From a virus, in IMG/VR virus record IMGVR_UViG_3300034069_000381, positions 1 to 43,644 of that record: DNA of 43,644 nucleotides; one strand, written 5' to 3'. The notes below the pieces were generated by a model. The model was not told where the DNA came from and ran no database searches. It was given only the letters and a program-made list of their open reading frames with translations. The position numbers and the translations under genes are program-made. Below, one piece after another: positions 33,778-41,700 of the stretch (the stretch's first letter is position 1; the number at the start of each line of letters is the position of its first letter).

Positions 33778-33935
33778 TTGCCACACCTTGAAATTACCAA
33801 TCTCTCGCGCCTTGCCCCACTTGCCACACCCCCCACCCCCCTACGGGGGGAGGGGGTGGTGTGGCAGGTTCGGCAGGTTCAATTCCGCCACACTTGCCGA
33901 ACCTTGCCACACCTCTGATTTTCGAGGTGTGGCAT
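33778..33935. promoter_or_regulatory. Iteron / inverted-repeat array between primase-helicase and ssb
   Basis: TTGCCACACC at 33778, 33821 and 33904. A degenerate copy at 33812. Inverted copies at 33858 and 33926. GGCAGGTTC x2 at 33863-33880. A perfect 10-bp stem at 33906-33915/33924-33933. A long imperfect G/C hairpin at about 33823-33865. Confidence 0.6.
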
Positions 33936-36034
33936 CAGCATTCGGCCAACTCCCCAACTTCGATAAATTCGCGCTCCATACGCTTCTCATCCTCCCCAAT
34001 GACGATACGAAACGCACCTTCGTGCACCCACCGCCGGATGATCGTGCTGATACGTTTCTTGTCACGCTTGTCGTCTGAATTGAGACCCAAGACAGGACCG
34101 ATCGCGTGCCCTGCCCATGCTTTGGCTTGTGAGTTTTCGCGCCATTTGCCGCCCGCGATCACGCGCTGACACGATATGAGCATCTGCACCGTGACGCCCT
34201 CAAAAGCGTCAGGGGGCGTCCAAGCGCACGCGACACCGACGCTATCACCATTGCGAAGATCGACGTTGTTCATACGATACCATTCGGTAGCATCGGGCGG
34301 CGCAAGATTCGCCTTGTCGTTGTCGGTACGGAAATAGAAGCGGCGCTCTTGCTCCTGCACGCCCAAAGTGGCAGCCTCATCGGCTGTCATCCGGTTATAG
34401 ACAATCACCGACCGCGCCTTGCCGATCAAAGCGGACGCACCACGGGCGCTGTCGGCCGTGGCCTCGGCACCGTTGCCCTTGCGAACGTGATGAACAAGGT
34501 TGACCGCAGCCCCTGTGCGTTCGGCAATGACGTTCCATTCGCGCGCCACGATGTCGATGGCGTTGTTGTCGTTTTCAGAAACCTGATGCGAGCTGATGAA
34601 CGGATCGACAGTCAGCACGTCGATTTTGCGCGCGATCATTTCACGAATAAGCGCATCCACCACCGGCCGAGCGATCTGAGCGCCGTCAGGCCCTTCGGTA
34701 GCTATTACCAAAGGGCTATCGCGCCCGCTGTCTACGTATAGCCGTCCAGCCATCTCGTTTGGCCTGATAGCGAATTTGTCGCATGTCGCGTGTATGCGCC
34801 TCTCCATTTCTTCGAGCGGATCTTCAAGATTCCACAGCCAAACTGAAAGCGCGCCCTCCGGCAAACCCTTCTGGTATATGTCGCGCCCGGCCGCCATCGC
34901 TATTGCTTCACCGATTTTTAGGGAGGATTTGCCAACGCCGCCGGCAGCGACATCAACTGAGACAAACTTCCGCAGCAGATGTTTGCCGTAAAGCCACTGA
35001 CGCTTCGGTATTTCCGAAACATCGCGCCATTCGAAAGGTGTGGCCTTCACCAGCCGATCATCCTCCGCCGGCTCCGGCCTCTCCCCAGCAATAAATGCTG
35101 TGAACTGCTTATCGACTTCCTCAAGGCCGTATTCGCAAGCGACATCGTTGAAATCGTCGCCACCATCAGTCACCAAGCCGTGCATCTGCGGAAAAACCGC
35201 CCGGCCGCCTAGAGAGGATGCCATCGCCAATGCTGCGTCCCGGCCAACATTTCGCTTAACCGTGGGATGTCCGACCAAATGCCAGTCATCGTCACCAGCT
35301 ACAATAAGATCACGTCCGGCATATTTATGAGAGGCCCATCGCGCAACATTGGCCATATTAGAGGCTTCAAGGCACATTACCGTAAGTAGGCCGGTTGCGG
35401 CTGCGATACTTGCTGCGGTGGAAAAACCCTCGCAGAACACAACGGGGCCTGATCCATCATCCTTCCCGATCGCGAAATGCGCGCCGTCCTTGGTAGAGCC
35501 GGGCCAAAACCGTCTCTCCCCGTCCTCGCGTATCGCCTGAAGCGATAAGGCATTCCCCTCAGGACCGGAAAGCGGCACCACAACACAAGGCACATCACCA
35601 AGCCCAAAACGCTTTCCGCTGCCCTGCCGAGCCCCACATGGAGAAATTTGTTTCGCATCGAGGTAGGGATGCGATGCGCCGTTTATTTTTGGGCAGGCAG
35701 ACCAGTAAGTGGCGGCGTCATCAGCCGCACGTGAAAACGCTGCGTCTTGGGCTTGGCGTCTCTCAGACCGCAACTTATCGATTGCGGCGCGATCTATGGT
35801 TTCGCCGGATTGACCACCAAACCACTTATGTCGCACCTTCTCATCGTGCCGCCAATCCATATAGATACCGTTGGCCTTGCCATCCGCATGGACAAGGTAA
35901 CGCGCAGGCTTTGACGATTTGTGACGCGTGTCGCCGGGATTGAAGCGATGCCACTTCCCATCGGCTATGACATTGCCGGGATCAACGCCGAACGACAATT
36001 GCAGCCACGACCTAAAATCCTCGGCGGCGCTCAT
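33935..36034 (-). CDS. Bifunctional Toprim primase / AAA_25 (RepA-DnaB-like) helicase (699 aa)
   Basis: Toprim residues VFCEGFSTA and VAGDDDWH. Walker A AAGGVGKSSL. N-terminal DGKWHRF as seen in phage/plasmid primases. Confidence 0.88.
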   Translation of the reverse strand: MSAAEDFRSWLQLSFGVDPGNVIADGKWHRFNPGDTRHKSSKPARYLVHADGKANGIYMDWRHDEKVRHKWFGGQSGETIDRAAIDKLRSERRQAQDAAFSRAADDAATYWSACPKINGASHPYLDAKQISPCGARQGSGKRFGLGDVPCVVVPLSGPEGNALSLQAIREDGERRFWPGSTKDGAHFAIGKDDGSGPVVFCEGFSTAASIAAATGLLTVMCLEASNMANVARWASHKYAGRDLIVAGDDDWHLVGHPTVKRNVGRDAALAMASSLGGRAVFPQMHGLVTDGGDDFNDVACEYGLEEVDKQFTAFIAGERPEPAEDDRLVKATPFEWRDVSEIPKRQWLYGKHLLRKFVSVDVAAGGVGKSSLKIGEAIAMAAGRDIYQKGLPEGALSVWLWNLEDPLEEMERRIHATCDKFAIRPNEMAGRLYVDSGRDSPLVIATEGPDGAQIARPVVDALIREMIARKIDVLTVDPFISSHQVSENDNNAIDIVAREWNVIAERTGAAVNLVHHVRKGNGAEATADSARGASALIGKARSVIVYNRMTADEAATLGVQEQERRFYFRTDNDKANLAPPDATEWYRMNNVDLRNGDSVGVACAWTPPDAFEGVTVQMLISCQRVIAGGKWRENSQAKAWAGHAIGPVLGLNSDDKRDKKRISTIIRRWVHEGAFRIVIGEDEKRMEREFIEVGELAEC

Positions 36035-36252
36035 GCGTGCTTCAAACCGAACGCAGCGATCAGCATCTGAGCCTGCCCGGCGTTGATAATGCCTCTCTGG
36101 TAAGCTGCCATTATCCGCCGTTTGCGTCGATGGGGCGGGAATGATGCGGGGAACATGCGGATATGGCCAATGCAGACGAACCGTTCCCGTGCGTCAATCA
36201 CCGTATCTTGCGCATTGCGTCCGTCCCCAGTACCGGATATGGTGTTGGTCAC
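36031..36252 (-). CDS. Hypothetical protein (73 aa)
   Basis: GTG 36252 lies 8 nt after AGGAGGG. ATGA overlap with the primase start. Confidence 0.5.
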   Translation of the reverse strand: MTNTISGTGDGRNAQDTVIDARERFVCIGHIRMFPASFPPHRRKRRIMAAYQRGIINAGQAQMLIAAFGLKHA

Positions 36253-36282
36253 TCGAAAAGCCCTCCTAAGGCCGTGTAGAGG

Positions 36283-36317
36283 GGCGGGCGGCGTCTCATC
36301 TCCGCCGTCCGCCCGCC
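36283..36317. other. GC-only hairpin (9-bp perfect stem GGCGGGCGG / CCGCCCGCC)
   Basis: Arms at 36283-36291 and 36309-36317 in the gap after the VRR-NUC gene. No U-tract on either strand. Confidence 0.5.
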
Positions 36318-36351
36318 AAATGATGATCCTACCGCACGCCTGTTAGCGCGT

Positions 36352-36816
36352 CTAGTGATCGGCTTTGACGGGCCACCCGTCACGCCTGAGTGCATCGACA
36401 GCAGCCCAGGGATCGAAGTAGCACGCCACCCAATGACCATGCGCTAGCATCAGATTACCGAATGCGATCTGCGACTGTGAGAGTTTGCCCGCTCTTGGCT
36501 TGCCGACCTTTGGAAACGCGTGCCCCTTGAATTCCAGAACCCCGAAACGGCCGGGGGCGCTTAGACAAAGATCGTGTACGCCACTAACCACGCCCTCACG
36601 CTTGATTTGCGCTTGGGCCTTTAATCCGCGCTTCCCGGCGTTTGGCGTTGCCCATATCGTTACAGACGGTGCCAACCGGCGCATAACGCTGAGAAACGTG
36701 GCTTGGTTTTTTGCCTCTCGGACGGGGATCGGTGGCGCGGGCTGGACATAAAAAAGTGGGGCTAACTTCTCCAAGCCATCATCTGGTGGGAAAGCCGATG
36801 CGTCGCAATCGATCAT
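36352..36816 (-). CDS. VRR-NUC domain nuclease (154 aa)
   Basis: GVHDLCL...GVLEFKG...KLSQSQIAFGNLMLAHG fits the D ... E-x-K ... Q pattern of VRR-NUC. Confidence 0.72.
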   Translation of the reverse strand: MIDCDASAFPPDDGLEKLAPLFYVQPAPPIPVREAKNQATFLSVMRRLAPSVTIWATPNAGKRGLKAQAQIKREGVVSGVHDLCLSAPGRFGVLEFKGHAFPKVGKPRAGKLSQSQIAFGNLMLAHGHWVACYFDPWAAVDALRRDGWPVKADH

Positions 36817-37013
36817 CGCGCGCTCCGCCTATCACGCTCATTGCGCAACATATCGTCGGCCTCGCGCACCTTGAGATTATAGGTCCGCGCCAACATCTCG
36901 GGGGTCCACTTGTCGATATTAACCGCCGATGTAAGCAGCATCATCGCCTGCGCTCTCTGTGACTTTATGGACGGCTTTTCAGCGCCATAACGCCGCTTAG
37001 CAAATCCCGTCAT
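36813..37013 (-). CDS. Hypothetical protein (66 aa)
   Basis: ATGA overlaps at both ends. Confidence 0.5.
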   Translation of the reverse strand: MTGFAKRRYGAEKPSIKSQRAQAMMLLTSAVNIDKWTPEMLARTYNLKVREADDMLRNERDRRSAR

Positions 37014-37177
37014 TCCGACAGGTAATCCGACAGCTTGCGAAGCGTGTCGTATTTGGGGTTGTGTGTGCGATCGTTGAGGATCGAATAAACGGTCTGGTTG
37101 TGCACGCCGATTGCGTCAGCGACGGCCCTAACCTTACGATCTCGCAAGCTGCTTCTGATCTCATCAAGTGTCATCAT
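37010..37177 (-). CDS. Cro/XRE-like helix-turn-helix regulator (55 aa)
   Basis: Hand translation: MMTLDEIRSSLRDRKVRAVADAIGVHNQTVYSILNDRTHNPKYDTLRKLSDYLSE. It is the first gene of the leftward block. Not in the ORF track because it is under 60 aa. Confidence 0.7.
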   Translation of the reverse strand: MMTLDEIRSSLRDRKVRAVADAIGVHNQTVYSILNDRTHNPKYDTLRKLSDYLSE

Positions 37178-37259
37178 AAATCTACCTCGCTATGCGCTAT
37201 GCCTATTGCAGTCGTATCATTTTTGGGTATGGTGTCAACGGCTAACAAGGAGATGAGAG
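37178..37259. promoter_or_regulatory. Divergent early control region
   Basis: Rightward candidate: TTGCAG (37206-37211), 16-nt spacer, TATGGT (37228-37233), RBS AAGGAG. Leftward candidate: TTGACA (complement of 37233-37238) with TGATACGAC downstream. GCTATGC x2 at 37189-37202. Confidence 0.5.
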
Positions 37260-37499
37260 ATGACCGTTAACGTAGCAGCCGAACAACTGCGCCTTTTCAT
37301 TGAGCGCGTGGAGCGCCTGACTGAAGAAAAAGCAGGCATCATCGCAGATATCCGCGATGTGTATCTGGTGGCCAAGAGCCAAGGTTTCGACAGCAAGGGA
37401 ATGCGGGCTGTCGTGAAGCTCCGGAAGATGGAGAAGGACGTGCGAGACGAGATGGACGCGGTCGTGGACACGTACCGCAATGCGCTGGGGATCGCGTGA
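37260..37499 (+). CDS. GapR / DUF2312-family DNA-binding protein (79 aa)
   Basis: QLRLFIERVERLTEEKAGIIADIRDVYLVAKSQGFDSKGMRAVVKLRKMEKD matches the conserved core of Caulobacter GapR/UPF0335 as I recall it. Confidence 0.85.
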   Translation: MTVNVAAEQLRLFIERVERLTEEKAGIIADIRDVYLVAKSQGFDSKGMRAVVKLRKMEKDVRDEMDAVVDTYRNALGIA

Positions 37500-38635
37500 T
37501 GGGCGCGCAAACCAATGCGCTGGTGTCGGCCAATGATCCCGGCATTGTCCTGATCGACAAGCAGGCATATTCTATTTGGTACGAAGCGCTCAAAGCCGAG
37601 GCTGCGGCGGTTCCTATCAATCTTGAAACCAAAAAAGGGCAGGACGCCCTGCGCTCAATGGCAGCGAAAATCCGCAGTGAGAAGGCTGGCATCAAGAAAG
37701 CCCGGCTGCGGCTGACGGAGGAGTGGCGCTCAATGACAGCGCAAGCCAACGCGGCCGGCAAAGAAATCGACGAGCAACTTGAGGCGCTAGCAGTCGAGAC
37801 GCGCGCGCCCCTAACCGCGTGGGAAGAAGCCGAGGAGGCCCGAGTTTCCGCGAACGCAGCCGAAATTGATTGCATCCGGCAGGCTGGCATTATTCAGCCC
37901 GACGATACGGCGGAAATGGTTGGCAACCGTGGCCGTGAGATATGGGGCATGTCTTTTGACGCTCCTCAGTGGACGCCAGAGGAGGCGGCCGGTGCGCTGG
38001 TAGCGAAAGACACCGCGATAGCTGCGTTACGCGCCGCTCAGGCGCGCCTCAAGCAAGAGGAGGCGGATCGCGCCGAACTCGCTAGACTTCGTCAGGAAGC
38101 GGCTGACAGGGAGGCGAGGGAGGCTGCCGCACAGATGGAGCGTGACCGCGTGGAAGCCGCTCTGCGCGAGGCAGAAGCTCAGGAGCAAGCCGAGCGCGAC
38201 CGCGTGGCCCAGATAGAGCGCATCAAGCGCGAGGCGGCCGAGTCTGCGGCGCGTGACGCCGAACGTGTCGCTACTGAAAAGGCAGCGCAAGCCGCCGCTG
38301 AAGTCGCCGCCCAAATTCAAGCCGCGCATGATGCGGAAATAGCAGAACAGAGGCGCATCGCTTTGGAGGCGCAGGCCGAACGCGACAAGTTGGAGCGCGC
38401 CAGGGCAGGGGCGGTAGCTAAAGCTGCGCGCCAAGCCGAGGATGATAGACAAGCGGCGGAGACGGAGCGAAAGCGCCAAGCTAACCGCAACCATCGTTCG
38501 TCTATCCAACGCGAGGTCAAAGAGGCGTTGATGACAATAGGCGTAGGAGATCACAAAGTAAGCGAAGCCCTTGCTCGGCTTATCGTTATGGCGATCGTTG
38601 CCGGCAATGTCCCGCACACAGAGGTGAAGTTCTGA
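37496..38635 (+). CDS. Coiled-coil protein (379 aa) in the recombination module
   Basis: A globular N-terminus of about 130 aa is followed by a long Glu/Ala/Arg-rich helix. GTG 37496 (GTGA overlap) or ATG 37499. Confidence 0.6.
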   Translation: MMGAQTNALVSANDPGIVLIDKQAYSIWYEALKAEAAAVPINLETKKGQDALRSMAAKIRSEKAGIKKARLRLTEEWRSMTAQANAAGKEIDEQLEALAVETRAPLTAWEEAEEARVSANAAEIDCIRQAGIIQPDDTAEMVGNRGREIWGMSFDAPQWTPEEAAGALVAKDTAIAALRAAQARLKQEEADRAELARLRQEAADREAREAAAQMERDRVEAALREAEAQEQAERDRVAQIERIKREAAESAARDAERVATEKAAQAAAEVAAQIQAAHDAEIAEQRRIALEAQAERDKLERARAGAVAKAARQAEDDRQAAETERKRQANRNHRSSIQREVKEALMTIGVGDHKVSEALARLIVMAIVAGNVPHTEVKF

Positions 38636-39387
38636 TGAGCAGCACCCCATTTGATGAAGGTTATGTCGAACCTTCCGCTGCGCTTAAGCACAAAGGCGCG
38701 GGTATCATCTACCACCCCGAATTAGACCAAGGCTCCGAAGAATGGCTTGCGGCTCGCTGTGGCCTAATGACGGCCAGCGAGATGAAATTCATTCTGACAC
38801 CGACGCTCAAGGCGGCATCGAACGACAAGGAGCGCGCTCACCTCTGGGAACTCGCCGGCCAGCGGATCAGTGGCTATGTTGAGCCGCATTACATCGGCGA
38901 CGATATGCTGCGGGGGCATGAGGACGAGGTGGAAGCCATTCGTCTTTATCAAATCAACTATGCCAAGGTGCGGCATATCGGGTTCATGACGAACGACCGA
39001 TGGGGTTTCACGCTTGGATATTCACCGGACGGGCTGGTGGATGACGATGGATTGGTCGAGGCCAAGTCACGCCGACAGAAATTTCAGATCCAGCATATCG
39101 TGGAAAACGTGCCCAAGCAGGGGATCTTTCCGGAGTTTATGATGCAGGCCCAAGTCGGCTTGCTAGTCTCCGAGCGCGCATGGATCGATCACATCAGTTT
39201 CAGTGGCGGCTTGCCTATGTCAACCGTACGAATCTACCCGGACCCTGTTCTGCGCGATGCCATCATCAACGTCGCCGGGGCTTTTGAGAAGCGCATCGCT
39301 GCGGCGATAGCGCGATACCATGAGGTATTGGCGTCGGACGCACATTTGATCCAGACTGAGCGCCGCATTGAACAGGAGATGTATTAA
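38635..39387 (+). CDS. YqaJ-type PD-(D/E)XK recombination exonuclease (250 aa)
   Basis: GSEEWLAARCGLMTASEM and YSPDGLVDDDGLVEAKSR (D ... E-x-K). Confidence 0.85.
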   Translation: MSSTPFDEGYVEPSAALKHKGAGIIYHPELDQGSEEWLAARCGLMTASEMKFILTPTLKAASNDKERAHLWELAGQRISGYVEPHYIGDDMLRGHEDEVEAIRLYQINYAKVRHIGFMTNDRWGFTLGYSPDGLVDDDGLVEAKSRRQKFQIQHIVENVPKQGIFPEFMMQAQVGLLVSERAWIDHISFSGGLPMSTVRIYPDPVLRDAIINVAGAFEKRIAAAIARYHEVLASDAHLIQTERRIEQEMY

Positions 39388-39388
39388 G

Positions 39389-40009
39389 ATGACCGGCGAC
39401 ATGGATGTTGTCACCGCGCCAAAAAGCGACCAGATCAACGCTGAGGATCTTCTCGGCGGGCGCACCATGACCATTACGGTCGAGCGCGTTCAGGTCCGTC
39501 CCGGCACGGAACAGCCAGTTACGATCTGGTTCACCGGCAGCCAGAAAGTTTTTCGCCCTTGCAAAGGCGTTTCAAAAATTCTCAAGACGCTGTGGGGGCC
39601 GGATTCGGCGCAATATGTTGGGCGTTCGATGACGCTCTTTAACGACGAAAGCGTGACTTGGGCTGGTGCTGCCGTTGGTGGCATTAGAGTTTCTGCGATG
39701 TCGCATATTGATGATGAGCGCCGCATCCCGGTCGCAATCAGCAAAGCGAAAAAGAAATTTTACCCAATAAAGCCGCTGCGCCCAGAAATCCCGATGCTGA
39801 CGAACCGCCAGCCCGAAATGACGGCCGAGGAATGGACTGAGAGGTTTGAGAGGCGCGTGGCCGAAGCGACCGATCACGCATCTCTGGCTTTGGTTCAAGA
39901 GGAGAATGCCAAATCGCTTGCTGCCCTCGGCCGTCGCGCGCCCCTCATGGGCGAGCGAGCCAAGTCGGCAATAGCTAAGCGTTTGGCCGAATTGAGCAAT
40001 GTGAGTTAG
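39389..40009 (+). CDS. Conserved-looking hypothetical protein (206 aa) downstream of the exonuclease
   Basis: ATG 39389 lies 10 nt after AGGAG. Contains the motif VGRSMTLFNDESVTWAGAAVGGIRV. Confidence 0.6.
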   Translation: MTGDMDVVTAPKSDQINAEDLLGGRTMTITVERVQVRPGTEQPVTIWFTGSQKVFRPCKGVSKILKTLWGPDSAQYVGRSMTLFNDESVTWAGAAVGGIRVSAMSHIDDERRIPVAISKAKKKFYPIKPLRPEIPMLTNRQPEMTAEEWTERFERRVAEATDHASLALVQEENAKSLAALGRRAPLMGERAKSAIAKRLAELSNVS

Positions 40010-40025
40010 ATTTCGGGAGAATAAT

Positions 40026-40292
40026 ATGTTCGGATGGGTGTCGAAGCGTCGGTATGAGACATTGGAAGGCCTTTACGAGAACGTCATGCAGCATTGGGAC
40101 ATATCCCTTACGGGATGGAAAGAAGTCTTGAATCAAAGAAATCAACTCTCAGTCGCTCTCGCCGCTGCCAACGCGCGCATCGCTGAACTCACCCAGCCCC
40201 GCGATGCCAAGGGGCATTTTGTGTCACGCAAGGCGGCGGTGATGGACGAGATCCAGGACCGCGATTGCAGCTTCATCGAGAGGAATGGGTGA
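40026..40292 (+). CDS. Hypothetical protein (88 aa)
   Basis: Long ORF with a short coiled-coil-like centre. Confidence 0.55.
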   Translation: MFGWVSKRRYETLEGLYENVMQHWDISLTGWKEVLNQRNQLSVALAAANARIAELTQPRDAKGHFVSRKAAVMDEIQDRDCSFIERNG

Positions 40293-40432
40293 TGACAACT
40301 TGCGGCACAACCCTGTGCGATATGGTCGGACAGACCGGCTACGCCATTTTGGCGGGAACCGGATTGGGATTCTGGATAGCGATGATCGGCTTCTGGTTTT
40401 TTTACATGCTTAACAGGGTCTGGCGCCGATGA
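40292..40432 (+). CDS. Small membrane peptide (46 aa)
   Basis: ATG 40292 shares one nt with the upstream TGA. Hydrophobic run GYAILAGTGLGFWIAMIGFWFFYML. Confidence 0.4.
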   Translation: MTTCGTTLCDMVGQTGYAILAGTGLGFWIAMIGFWFFYMLNRVWRR

Positions 40433-40529
40433 AGCGGCCGGGGCATTCGCCTGTGTCGGGTTGGGTGCGGTGGGGGCGTGGGCAGCATTCGAAGAGTGGT
40501 TATCAACCCTGAAATGAAGGAACCGAGGT

Positions 40530-40748
40530 ATGGCAAATCCGAAAGAACGGCCTCTCACAGACAAGCAGATAGAGGCCCTGAAAGCCGCTGAAGACACGCT
40601 TTACGACGACACCAAGCTGGTCGAAGGATATGGGCGTAGTCACAGAGGCTTGCGCAATCGCGGCCTGATCGAAGGGGATGCTCCGCATGTCTACCTCACG
40701 GATGCAGGGCGATCTGTTCTCGCAATCATCCTTGCCGGGCCATCCTGA
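40530..40748 (+). CDS. Hypothetical protein (72 aa)
   Basis: ORF with a GAGG RBS. Confidence 0.55.
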   Translation: MANPKERPLTDKQIEALKAAEDTLYDDTKLVEGYGRSHRGLRNRGLIEGDAPHVYLTDAGRSVLAIILAGPS

Positions 40749-40770
40749 GCACAAGGAAAGCCATGACGAT

Positions 40771-41052
40771 ATGGGTATAAGGCGCCCCGTAACTTGGTGG
40801 CGCGAACAGGTTCTGTCCGGTCGTATCCCGATGACCGATGCCCCCGCCGCCGTCCAAAGCTGGCTGCGCCATGATATATTTTTGGGGGCGGAAGAGATCC
40901 TCGCCATCCCGTACAAGCCGGACAGAAATGCTGCACTAGCTCGTATCCCGGCGCTGGTGCGGCCCTATGTCGAGGCGGAGGTGTTAAGGTTGTGGGTCCT
41001 CAGTAAGCCTGCTGACGTTCCCGTTCAACGCGGGCAATCTGCCGAGCGGTAA
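40771..41052 (+). CDS. Hypothetical protein (93 aa)
   Basis: ATG 40771 lies 9 nt after AAGGAAAG. Its 3' end overlaps the convergent gene by 53 nt. Confidence 0.5.
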   Translation: MGIRRPVTWWREQVLSGRIPMTDAPAAVQSWLRHDIFLGAEEILAIPYKPDRNAALARIPALVRPYVEAEVLRLWVLSKPADVPVQRGQSAER

Positions 41053-41518
41053 AGTCCGCTATCTGGCGGCGCGCTTCGGCTTCGGGCCCGTTTCGCGTTA
41101 TTTCTTCGGCGATCATAACCTTGCGCTCGTCCAGCAAAAAACCGGCGCGCTTAAGATCGGCATTCATTTGCCAATATTCTTCCGGGCACCATGCTAACCG
41201 CATCCGACGACAGGACATGGCGCGTTTTGCGTTGGTCTCAGGAAGCCTAGACCGAACAAGATTCGGCTTGCCGTTCTTGAGGCCTTGCTGACGCTTCATC
41301 TCTACGTAAGCCGGGTCTTTCATCAACCGCACCTCGGTGGCTTTTCGGGATGCAGAAATCTTCGCCTTCACCTCATCGGTCTGCGCCGATCGAGAATTGG
41401 CGATGCGTTTGGCGTTGAAGACCGGATCTGCCATCTGGACGGCCAGCGCGCATCTGCGGCAATGGCCTAAGCCCTTAGCGGCGCAGTTATCGGCTTGAAG
41501 ACAGTTAGGGCGATTCAC
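41000..41518 (-). CDS. Cys-cluster / NUMOD3-like DNA-binding protein (172 aa)
   Basis: N-terminal C-x5-C-x7-C-x2-C cluster. SAQTDEVKAKISASRK resembles the NUMOD3 repeat of homing-endonuclease DNA-binding modules. No nuclease motif seen. Confidence 0.55.
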   Translation of the reverse strand: MNRPNCLQADNCAAKGLGHCRRCALAVQMADPVFNAKRIANSRSAQTDEVKAKISASRKATEVRLMKDPAYVEMKRQQGLKNGKPNLVRSRLPETNAKRAMSCRRMRLAWCPEEYWQMNADLKRAGFLLDERKVMIAEEITRNGPEAEARRQIADFTARQIARVERERQQAY

Positions 41519-41700
41519 GCTTCACGTCCTCCCAATTCTGCCCAAAGGGGATCTACAAGACGATATTCAGCCTTCCCGCGCTTTCGGGCGCGGTACCAGC
41601 TTGAGGGGAACACCCCGGCGGATATGCACACCTGGCGCATCGTGCGACGAGCCTTGTGCGCGCGGGCCTCAAGGGCCTCCATCTCATCTTCGTGGATCAT
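41515..41700 (-). CDS. Small HTH-like protein (61 aa)
   Basis: MRQVCISAGVFPSSWYRARKRG looks like a helix-turn-helix. The 32 codons upstream (to 41796) have about 41% GC3 against about 65% after ATG 41700, so the short form is preferred. Confidence 0.5.
   Translation of the reverse strand: MIHEDEMEALEARAHKARRTMRQVCISAGVFPSSWYRARKRGKAEYRLVDPLWAELGGREA

Noticed and set aside
33823-33933. Intrinsic terminators after the primase-helicase gene
   Set aside because: Both hairpins lack a following U-tract on either strand. They are built from a repeated motif, which fits protein-binding iterons better.
37010-37177. Lysogeny switch / temperate lifestyle
   Set aside because: A small Cro-like HTH protein is present. 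However, there is no CI-type repressor with a cleavage domain, no integrase or recombinase, no partition genes and no att-like repeats in the complete genome.
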